From contig OZ219785.1 in assembly GCA_964291285.2 (NCBI GenBank), positions 832,001 through 896,000 on the forward strand: 64,000 nt of DNA, in the 5' to 3' direction. The stretch's first letter is position 1. Each line of letters opens with the position of its first letter. Positions 1-7,942 of this stretch are shown one piece after another. The position numbers and the translations under genes are program-made. The notes below the pieces were generated by a model. That model did no database searches, was not told where the DNA came from, and saw nothing but the letters and a program-made list of their open reading frames with translations. The DNA is from Alphaproteobacteria bacterium (GTDB lineage: Bacteria; Pseudomonadota; Alphaproteobacteria; Bin95).

Positions 1-1806
1 TCGACGGGAGCACGGACGCTCGCCGCGCTGAGAGAGCGCCATGGCGGCGCGGTGGTGGTGGTGGACGAGATGTCGCTGGCGGGCACGGCGCAGGCGCGCG
101 CGCTGCTGCGGATTGCCGAGCGCCTCGATATCGCCCGGCTCGTGCTTGTGGGCGACAGCCGGCAGCTGCGCGGCGTGCAGGCGGGCCAGCCCTTCCGGCA
201 GATGCAGCAGGCGGGCTTGGGCGTCGCGGAGATGGACGAGGTTCGCCGGCAGCAGGACCCGGACCTGCTGGCCGCCGTCCAGGACATGATCGAGGGCGAG
301 CCGGGCGCGGCGCTGGAGCGTCTCGGAGGCAACCTGCGGGAACTGCCGGCCGAGGAGATCGCGGGCATGGCGGCCGCGCTCTGGCTGCGGCTCTCGCCCG
401 GGGCGCGGGCGGGGACGGCGCTGCTGGTTCCGACGCGCGCGCTCAGGGCCGAGGTCGAGGAGGCGGTGCGCGAGGGCCTCGAAGCCGAGGGCGCCCTGCA
501 CGGGTCCTCCATCGGGATCGAAACGCTCGTGCCCCTCAACCTCACGCGCGCGGAGACGGGCGACGTGCGCAACTGGCGCGAGGGCGACATCGCGCTCTTC
601 AACCGCGAGCGGAAGAACTACCGCATCCGCAAGGACGACGCCTGCACGGTGATGGAGGTGGAGGAGGACCGGGTGATCCTTGCCCATCCCGATGGCCGGC
701 CGCGCCACCTGAAGCCCGGCGGCGACCTGCGCTACCGGCTGGACCTGTTCGAGGCGAAGACGCTGCGGATCAGGGAGGGCGAACGGCTGCGCTGGACCCG
801 CAACGACAGGGAGCGCGGCCTCGTCAACGGCGACCGTGTGGAGGTGGCCGCGATAGGAACCGGAGCGCTCCGCATGCGCCTCTCCGACGGGCGGGAGACG
901 CGATTCGCGCTCGACGACCCGCAGCTTCGTCATCTTGCATACGCCTATGCGTCCACCGTGCATGCGGCGCAGGGGCAGACGCACGACCGTGTGGTCGCGG
1001 TGCTGGACACGGGCGCGGGGCCGCTGGTGAACCAGCAGACGCTCTATGTGCAGCTGAGCCGGGCGCGCGAGGAGGCGCTGGTGCTGACCGACAACCGCGA
1101 GCAGCTTGTGGAGACGCTGGAGGCGAACACGGGCGAGCGGCTGACGGCGCTGGAAGCCATCGGCGAGGCGGAGACGATGAAGGCGCCGGCGAAGCGTGCG
1201 GTCTCCGGGGAGGCGGCGTCTGCGTTCCTTGACGGCCTGCGCGCGGAGCGGGAGCGCCGCGCCGAAGCGGCGGCGGCCTTGCGCCGGCTGGCGGAGGCCG
1301 AAGCAGCGCTTGCCGCGGCCCGCGCCCATGCGCAGGAAGCCGGATGCGCCTTCGCCGCCCTGCCGGCGGTCGGGCCCGGCGGCGGTCAGACCCTCCGCGA
1401 CCGCATTGCGGCGGCCGAAATCGTGCAGGAAGCGGCGCATGATGTCTCGGCTGCCGCCCATGCGGTGCTGGAGGCGGCGAAGGCGGCGGACCGCGTCCCG
1501 CCGCTCGACGATGCCGCGATGGAGGCGGCGAAGACGGGTGAGGCGGAGGCCGCGGCGCGCCTTGTGGCATACCGGTCGCTGGAGACGGCCGTGACGGCGG
1601 CGAACAGGGCGTCCGGACGGCTGGCGCCCGCAGGCGCGCTCCGCGACAAGGATATCGACGGGGCTTCGATGCAGCGCCATGGCGCCGCCGCCCGGGAGGC
1701 GGCCGCCGCCTTCGACACCCTCGCGCAAAAGGCGCGGGCAGCGGGCGAGGCGGCGCTGGCCCGGCGCGCGCGGGAGAGGGGCACTACCTGCGGCGGAGTG
1801 CGATAG
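1..1806 (+). CDS. Conjugative relaxase-helicase (TrwC/TraI/TraA-like), helicase part; 5' end outside the window, truncated by the repeat-spacer insertion
   Basis: SF1 helicase motifs VVVDEMSLA, LVLVGDSRQL, YAYASTVHAAQGQT, LYVQLSRAR; frame open from base 1; stops at a TAG (1804-1806) inside spacer 1. Confidence 0.85.
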   Translation, partial: STGARTLAALRERHGGAVVVVDEMSLAGTAQARALLRIAERLDIARLVLVGDSRQLRGVQAGQPFRQMQQAGLGVAEMDEVRRQQDPDLLAAVQDMIEGEPGAALERLGGNLRELPAEEIAGMAAALWLRLSPGARAGTALLVPTRALRAEVEEAVREGLEAEGALHGSSIGIETLVPLNLTRAETGDVRNWREGDIALFNRERKNYRIRKDDACTVMEVEEDRVILAHPDGRPRHLKPGGDLRYRLDLFEAKTLRIREGERLRWTRNDRERGLVNGDRVEVAAIGTGALRMRLSDGRETRFALDDPQLRHLAYAYASTVHAAQGQTHDRVVAVLDTGAGPLVNQQTLYVQLSRAREEALVLTDNREQLVETLEANTGERLTALEAIGEAETMKAPAKRAVSGEAASAFLDGLRAERERRAEAAAALRRLAEAEAALAAARAHAQEAGCAFAALPAVGPGGGQTLRDRIAAAEIVQEAAHDVSAAAHAVLEAAKAADRVPPLDDAAMEAAKTGEAEAAARLVAYRSLETAVTAANRASGRLAPAGALRDKDIDGASMQRHGAAAREAAAAFDTLAQKARAAGEAALARRARERGTTCGGVR

Positions 1807-1963
1807 CGAGGCAGCGCTGGCCCGGCGCGCGCGGGAGAGGGATGTCGAAATCTCCGCAGCCGGGCACGCTCGCCGCGCTGGCCCGGCGCGCGCGGGAGAG
1901 GGAGGCGCCCGTCGTCCAGAAACCCTTCGGTGATCGCGCTGGCCCGGTGCGCGCGGGAGAGGG
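1753..1963 (-). CRISPR. CRISPR-like mini-array inside the relaxase gene: 4 repeats of 28 nt, 3 spacers of 33 nt
   Basis: GCGCTGGCCCGGCGCGCGCGGGAGAGGG at 1753, 1814, 1875, 1936 (last copy has 1 mismatch); three unrelated 33-nt spacers; 61-nt period and core resemble type I-E repeats; no cas genes in the window; strand inferred from the I-E resemblance. Confidence 0.8.
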
Positions 1964-2877
1964 CTTCGGACCTCGGGCTGGCGGCGCTGCACTGGAGCTA
2001 CAGGCTGGCGGGCCACCGGTTCGCGGTGGCGCGGCTGGCCGAGCGGGACATGGCGCTGCCGCACACGGTCGGGGACGTGCGGCGCTGGCAGGACCTGCGC
2101 CGGCGCCAGGCGGACGCGCGGACCGGGGCGGCAGCCGCGGCCGAGGCGGTCGCGCCGGAGAGCGCGGACGCGGCGGCCCGGTGGCGTGAACAGGCGGCGG
2201 ACTACCGCAAGCAGGCCGGCGCGATACGCGGCTCGCTGGCGGAACTGGAGGGGCTGAAGACGCTGGTGCGGACCGCGGAAGCCGCGTCGGACGACGCGGC
2301 GGCATGGAGCGCGGCGGCGGGCGCGGCGGAGACGATCCGGAAAGGCTCCGGCCGGGGTCTGGAGGATGAGGCCGCGCGCGTGCGTGACGAGGAGGCGCGC
2401 CGCCGACAGGAAGGGCGCGAGGCGGCGCGGGCACGTTTCGAGACCCTGAACTCGGAATGGGACGCGTTCGAGAGGGCGGTCAGGGCCGGGGGGCGGGTCG
2501 GCTTTGCGGACAAGCGCAGCCGGCAATATGTCGACCGCGCGCGGCGGCTGGAGGCGGACCCCGATCTCGATGCGGAAGCGAAGGAGACGCTCGCGGCGTT
2601 CCTGCACGAGCACGATGTCGTGCGCCCGAAGGTCGTCCGGCGCTGCCGGGAGCTGTTCGCGCAGTGGAACGCGGTCCGCGCAACGGCAAGGGCCCGCGGC
2701 GTCGGCCGGTTCATCCCTCCGGAGAGCGCGGAGGTCGTTGCGGGGATGCGCAAGCTCGCCGCCGAGAGCCCGGAGCACCTGACGCGCAGACAGAAGGAGA
2801 CATTCGAGACGATCGCCGAGGAATACGTCCTGCATGTCGAGCGGCAGCGGACATGGGTGATGACCATGAGGCCGTGA
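1930..2877 (+). pseudogene. Detached C-terminal helical tail of the relaxase-helicase
   Basis: Same frame as 52..1806; deleting 183 nt (3 x 61) gives continuous ...AALARRARER-ASDLGLAALHW... Confidence 0.75.
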
Positions 2878-3228
2878 GCGAGCGGGCCGGACCCCGGCGG
2901 CGGGCGCTGTTGTCCTCATCGGTCGGACAGCAGGGCGACGGGACGACTGCAACCATGGCCGAAGACCCTGGCAGAAGACGGGGAACGCGTCAGCTTCCGG
3001 GAACGCCGCCTGCCCGCGACGCGAGAGCCGCATGTCCGGCGCTGCAACGGCCATGCAATCCAGGCTCGAAAGCCGCATGATCCACCATGCAATCCGGCAA
3101 TATGCGACACAGTGAATATTGTATATCCATTCCCGATTCAACAATGAAAACAGAATGTTGGTGCCATGACTGAACTATATGATATATCCACAACATCCGT
3201 AACGAAGGCCATATAACCTGCTGTCCGG

Positions 3229-3678
3229 TCATCCTGCGCCGCCCGTTCTCCCGCCACCGGCCCGCATCGCCGCCCGGCGGGCGATGTCGGCAGCGCGCTC
3301 CGGGCCGGTGACCGGCGCCAGCAACGCTTCCATCCCGCTCCTTCGGCCCTCGCGCACCATTTCGTCGAGGCGCGCCTCGAACAGCAGCGCGACGGTCTCG
3401 CGAAGCCCGGTGGGCGCATCGCCGGAAAGGCCCGACAGCGCCGCCGCCGCGCCGAGCACCGCATCGTGCAGGCCGCGTTGCCGCTTTCCGTCCAGCACCA
3501 GCCCATGGCCGGCCTCCCCGGCGCCGATGCCCGTGCGCTTCAGAACCCGGCCCACGATGTATGGCGAGGTCCGCATGCCGGCCCGTTCCGCAAGCTCCCG
3601 CATCCGCGCCCATTGCTGCGGCGTGCAGGAGATCGAATGCGACACCGGGAGCTCTTCGGGAGCCTTCCGCCCCCTCAC
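3229..3678 (-). CDS. Ribbon-helix-helix (MobC/CopG-like) protein
   Basis: SHSISCTPQQWARMRELAERAGMRTSPYIV, a beta-alpha-alpha pattern; GTGA overlap with the upstream gene. Confidence 0.6.
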   Translation of the reverse strand: MRGRKAPEELPVSHSISCTPQQWARMRELAERAGMRTSPYIVGRVLKRTGIGAGEAGHGLVLDGKRQRGLHDAVLGAAAALSGLSGDAPTGLRETVALLFEARLDEMVREGRRSGMEALLAPVTGPERAADIARRAAMRAGGGRTGGAG

Positions 3679-4037
3679 GGCGAACCGTCCCCGAACAGGT
3701 CCGCGCCGCCGCCCGCGGGACGAGAACCGCCGCCGCGCCTGGCACGGCCTTCCTTCCGCTGCCGGAACCGAAGCTCGCTGGCAAGGAATGCGAGCGCCTC
3801 GGCCATCGTCACCCCGCTGCCGGGCAGGGGGCCGGCAAGCCCGTCGCCGAGGGACGCAGGCCGGACCGCGCTGTCGTGCAGGGCGCGCTGCTCGTCGCCC
3901 GTCAGCGCCATCCGGCAGTCCTCGCCCAGCACCTCCCTCAGGATGAAGGCCGAGGTCTTCATCCCCGCTTCCTCCGCCAGCGCCCGGATCGCCCGCCAGT
4001 CCGACTGCGGGCAGGTGATGCAGTATTGCCGGGCCAT
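3675..4037 (-). CDS. Ribbon-helix-helix (MobC/CopG-like) protein
   Basis: MARQYCITCPQSDWRAIRALAEEAGMKTSAFIL; ATG at 4037 just after the upstream stop. Confidence 0.6.
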   Translation of the reverse strand: MARQYCITCPQSDWRAIRALAEEAGMKTSAFILREVLGEDCRMALTGDEQRALHDSAVRPASLGDGLAGPLPGSGVTMAEALAFLASELRFRQRKEGRARRGGGSRPAGGGADLFGDGSP

Positions 4038-4038
4038 C

Positions 4039-4359
4039 TCAGCCCTCCCGCCCGTCGGCCGCCACAGACGCCTCGGCTTCCTCCACCAGCCGCCGCCAGA
4101 CACCGCCCCGGCCCTCGTCCTCGAAGCGCATGCGCTCCGCCAGCACGAGAAGGCGCAGGTCCACCAGCGCGCGGCGCCTCACCGCCAGGGGGAAGTCTTC
4201 CGGGCTCACCGCCGCCGGCTCCTCAGGCGCGAGCCCGCGCGAGACGAGGTACTCCGAGGCCGACAGGTCCGCCCTGCCGGCGCGGCTGCGGACCAGGCAC
4301 CAGTCGCTGTCGGTCGCCATCACCGAGTGCGGCCTCTTCCTGCCGTCATCCCCCGCCAT
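4039..4359 (-). CDS. Ribbon-helix-helix (MobC/CopG-like) protein
   Basis: HSVMATDSDWCLVRSRAGRADLSASEYLV; GGAGAGG upstream of ATG 4359. Confidence 0.55.
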   Translation of the reverse strand: MAGDDGRKRPHSVMATDSDWCLVRSRAGRADLSASEYLVSRGLAPEEPAAVSPEDFPLAVRRRALVDLRLLVLAERMRFEDEGRGGVWRRLVEEAEASVAADGREG

Positions 4360-4449
4360 CACGCCTCTCCCGCCCCGGGACACAGGCATGACCTGTGCCT
4401 CCCGACCGTGAACCACAGAAACGATACATCCGTGCCTATCCGCTTGTTT

Positions 4450-4748
4450 CATACACCCTACTACGACCGCACCGCCGACTACGACGCTCTGATGGTCAAA
4501 CGCAACGCCCCCCGCTGGATCCGAATGCTCCGACGATACGGCTACATCGCACCCGTCAACGCGCCAGAACTCAAGGCCGCCTGAGCCTCCTGAAACACGC
4601 CAGACGGCAACGCGGGACTGCTACGGGCCACATCGGGGAAGTCCACCGCTCGTCTCCGCCGAGCCGATCCCGGCCATACCCGCCAACTCCGCAACACGGC
4701 GTTGGAACCGCTCCGCGCGCCCTTCGGCCGAATCTGTTTCACGGCAAA
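4450..4748 (+). mobile_element. IS110/IS1111-family remnant: transposase C-terminus plus 3' non-coding end
   Basis: Peptide PYYDRTADYDALMVKRNAPRWIRMLRRYGY resembles IS110 C-termini (recalled, not searched); followed by about 160 nt of structured sequence ending TTTCACGGCAAA. Confidence 0.6.
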
Positions 4749-4775
4749 AACACCACAGCGCAACTTTCTGTGTTC

Positions 4776-4804
4776 TTGACGCTCAACGGGCGGAAAGTCA
4801 TACT
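4776..4804 (+). promoter_or_regulatory. Sigma70-type promoter of the ATPase/SNF2 operon
   Basis: TTGACG-17 nt-CATACT, 35 nt upstream of ATG 4840. Confidence 0.6.
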
Positions 4805-4839
4805 ACCCAAGAGAGGGGAATCTTCAGAAGGTTTTCACG

Positions 4840-5634
4840 ATGGCCGGGTTCGAGCAGGCGTTCGATGACGTGGAACAGGCTGCCGAAGCAGCGCGGAAAG
4901 CTGCCGGGCGATTGGCGTCCATTGCAAGCGCGTTGAAAAAGGCTGCGCGGGAAGGCAATGTCGCGGGCATCCGGCGCGGGCCGGACCGACTCGGGAAGGC
5001 GATGGAGGAGGCGCGGCAAGAGGTCGAGCGCGCCGCCGCCAGTTGGCCTTTCTCTGAAACTGAAGAAACCGACTATTTGAAGAACGAATACGCGGCGGAA
5101 TTGCAGGCTGTGTCGGCAGAGAAGGGCCTGAGCCTGTATGAACGCGACGGCCAACTGATATCCCCGCCGTCTATCCTGAGAATCCTCCCCGACAGGCGCT
5201 CCGTTATGCTGGACCGGAAGAGCCGGTCCACGATCCGACCTTCATGGCTCGCGGAGCTTCTGCTTCGTAACCAGGGCAAGTCCAGCGGCTTCACGCCGGC
5301 GCAATTCCTGGAAGCGCTCTATGCCGTTTACGCCGACATAACCGGCCTGTCCTCCTTGATGTCGAAGCAGGGCGGCGGCGTCGTGCCGCTGGCCCGTATC
5401 TACCGGCTGATGACTGCCCTGCCGGGTATCGGCCGCAATTACGACCGGATGGATTTCGGCAGGGACCTGTACATTCTGGATTCGAAAGGACCGCACCGAA
5501 CCAAGAAGGGGGCGGAAGTGTCCTTTTCGTCATCTGGGGGCAAATACCGTCCTCGCGACCTTTTCTATTTCGTCGATCCCAACGGGGTCAGTATAGATTA
5601 TTACGGGATTCGCTTCAGGGAAAATTCCGAATGA
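4840..5634 (+). CDS. Hypothetical protein, first gene of candidate defence operon
   Basis: 264 aa; helical/coiled-coil-like N-terminus; ATGA overlap with next gene; GC lower than core genes. Confidence 0.75.
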   Translation: MAGFEQAFDDVEQAAEAARKAAGRLASIASALKKAAREGNVAGIRRGPDRLGKAMEEARQEVERAAASWPFSETEETDYLKNEYAAELQAVSAEKGLSLYERDGQLISPPSILRILPDRRSVMLDRKSRSTIRPSWLAELLLRNQGKSSGFTPAQFLEALYAVYADITGLSSLMSKQGGGVVPLARIYRLMTALPGIGRNYDRMDFGRDLYILDSKGPHRTKKGAEVSFSSSGGKYRPRDLFYFVDPNGVSIDYYGIRFRENSE

Positions 5635-6596
5635 ACAACATGATTGTCCTCGACGACTGGCTTGAGGCTATCGACCGGGAGTATCTGGCCGACTTCATTG
5701 GCGCAGGTGGCGCGGCTGTCAAATTCGCTGTTGCCGAGGAGAAAGGAAGGCTCGCGCTGTCCGCGGCATTGAAGGCTCGCGGCGAGTCGTCAGGGTATCT
5801 GTTCGTCCGTCTGGATGCAGCTACTTGCCGGGCTCATATGCCGCAAGACCTCTTCTTCGGCGTGGCACGGCAGGTCGATTGGCGGTTTCTGGCTCGTCGC
5901 GCTATCCAGAGCTTTCTGGTTGAAGAAGGTTTCGAGGTCGAGGGAGTCGATGCCCAGGAGCCTCGCATGATCGATTCCATTATCGCCGCAAACAGCTCCG
6001 GGCGTGACTATGTAGGTGGTGTGTTGAGGCCGTATCTTGAAAACCGGATTTTCAGAAACGCCGATCTCTCCAAAGCGTTCCGCATCGCTATGCTGCACCT
6101 CTGCCGGTTTGAGATTCAGGATACCGCAGGGATGGAACGCTATCCGGGGCAGGCTCTTCTGGACTGGTTGACGGGCGAAGACAACAGGATCGGGCAGTTG
6201 CGCGATTTCCAGATCAGGACCCGGATCGACCGGACCACGGCTCGATATTTCCTGGAGTCTGCCTGCCACTGGATACGACAATCCGGCTGTTCCGGTATGA
6301 TTCTCCTCTTGGACAATGCCCGCGTGACCGTGGGACGAAATCCGAGGGACGGCTTGAGATACTACACCAAAGCCATGACGCTGGACCATTACGAAGTGCT
6401 GCGGGAATTTATCGACGACGCAGACCGGCTATCGAGCCTCCTGTTCGTCGTGGCGACTGACTATGGATTCCTTGATGAGTCCTCACGGAGTAGCAGAGGC
6501 TGGATCATCTATTCGGCCTTGCGTACGAGAATCATGGACGATGTTCGAGACAGAAATGTTGTCAATCCGGTTTCCTCTCTGGTCAGAATATCCTGA
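5631..6596 (+). CDS. BrxD/DUF2791-like P-loop protein with degenerate Walker A
   Basis: WLEAIDREYLADFIGAGGAAVKFAV, GCSGMILLLDNA, YEVLREFIDD, YSALRTRI match the family pattern; no GxxGxGK[ST]. Confidence 0.7.
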   Translation: MNNMIVLDDWLEAIDREYLADFIGAGGAAVKFAVAEEKGRLALSAALKARGESSGYLFVRLDAATCRAHMPQDLFFGVARQVDWRFLARRAIQSFLVEEGFEVEGVDAQEPRMIDSIIAANSSGRDYVGGVLRPYLENRIFRNADLSKAFRIAMLHLCRFEIQDTAGMERYPGQALLDWLTGEDNRIGQLRDFQIRTRIDRTTARYFLESACHWIRQSGCSGMILLLDNARVTVGRNPRDGLRYYTKAMTLDHYEVLREFIDDADRLSSLLFVVATDYGFLDESSRSSRGWIIYSALRTRIMDDVRDRNVVNPVSSLVRIS

Positions 6597-6616
6597 ATGA
6601 AGGGTAAGCCATAGCC

Positions 6617-7894
6617 ATGTCTACACAATCGAACGGCGACGCAGCAATTATATCCCGACGGGCGATAGAAGCACTGAGAAGCGGGGTGCCCAACCGGGAT
6701 GCAGTGCGTGAGCTCGGCAGCAGCCAGCCGGAGGCGGAGCGGCAATTCATCGAAATGCTGGAACGAAGCACCGGTTTCGGTCGGCCGCTACCGGCAACGC
6801 GCGGGATGCTGGTTTCGGGAGATTTCGGAGCAGGAAAGTCTCATCTTTTGGCTCATTTCGAGCAGCTTGCTCTATCGAAGAATTTCGTTTCTAGCCGAGT
6901 CGTGATTAGCAAGGAGACCCCTCTATACGATCTAGGAAAAGTGTTTACCTCGGCAGTTGAAAAAGGAAAACTTCCTGGGAGAAATGGTCTATTCATGGAG
7001 GAATTATCCTTGGCGCTGAAGCCCGGAACAGAAAACTACGATCTGTTTTCCGGCGCCATTGCCAAGGCGGCGCTAGATGGCCAGATGAGTATGATATTTC
7101 CCGCGACTCGTATCGTGCACGAGCGGTCTCAAGATCAGGATATAATTGGCGAGATTGAGTCTTTTTGGGCTGGGGACAGAATTGCAGTTGCGAGTGTAAG
7201 GAAAGGGTTGTCGTCGATTGGAGAAGCGCAAAATTATCGTTTTCCTGCGCCGAAGGCTTCCGAGTTGCCTTTGCAACGCTTGCGATTCGCTGCCGAACTC
7301 ATACGCGGAGCGGGATACGCCGGTTGGGTCATTTTTCTGGACGAAATTGAGTTGATCGGCAATTATTCGATATTGCAGCGAGGGCGTTCTTACGCCGAGA
7401 TCGCACACTGGGTGGGGCGCGCGCCGGAAACGGACCGGTCGGGGTTAATCACGGTTGGCGCGGTTACGGGCGATTTTGTGCCGGCGGTTATTGACGCAGA
7501 CGGCAAGCAGGATGGGGACAAGATCGTTCCCCGGCTGCAAGGGAGCGCGCGATATGGAAATCTTGCCGCTTCGGCCGAAGCTGGTATGGAAGTGTTGAGA
7601 CAGGATGTCTTCGCATTGCAGCCCGTCGGGGAGATGGATGTTGAAGCGACGCTGGGGAAGCTGCGCGATATTTATGCCAAGGCGTATAAGTGGCGGCCAC
7701 CCTCGGCTTCGGTGGCATCGGGGACCGCCGGTCACATGAACCAGATGCGCTACAAGGTCAGGTCAGCAATCAACGAATGGGACTTGCTCAGGTTGCGTCC
7801 AGGTTATCGGCCGGAAATCGAAGCACAAGAGTTTCAGCATGACTATGGCGAAGACTCCGATCTGGAAAAGCCGGCTGCGGACAATGTGGAATAA
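6617..7894 (+). CDS. BrxD/DUF2791 family ATP-binding protein
   Basis: RRAIEALRSGVP N-terminus, Walker A GDFGAGKS, Walker B WVIFLDEIE. Confidence 0.85.
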   Translation: MSTQSNGDAAIISRRAIEALRSGVPNRDAVRELGSSQPEAERQFIEMLERSTGFGRPLPATRGMLVSGDFGAGKSHLLAHFEQLALSKNFVSSRVVISKETPLYDLGKVFTSAVEKGKLPGRNGLFMEELSLALKPGTENYDLFSGAIAKAALDGQMSMIFPATRIVHERSQDQDIIGEIESFWAGDRIAVASVRKGLSSIGEAQNYRFPAPKASELPLQRLRFAAELIRGAGYAGWVIFLDEIELIGNYSILQRGRSYAEIAHWVGRAPETDRSGLITVGAVTGDFVPAVIDADGKQDGDKIVPRLQGSARYGNLAASAEAGMEVLRQDVFALQPVGEMDVEATLGKLRDIYAKAYKWRPPSASVASGTAGHMNQMRYKVRSAINEWDLLRLRPGYRPEIEAQEFQHDYGEDSDLEKPAADNVE

Positions 7895-7942
7895 AGGGCG
7901 GCATTAGCCGGCCGGACTCCGGTGGCCATCGGACGGAATGAA

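Noticed and set aside
1753-1963. Plain coding tandem repeat (VNTR) explanation for the array
   Set aside because: The 61-nt period is not a multiple of 3 and the intervening 33-mers are unrelated; only a short GCGAGGC match between the end of spacer 1 and the upstream flank was seen
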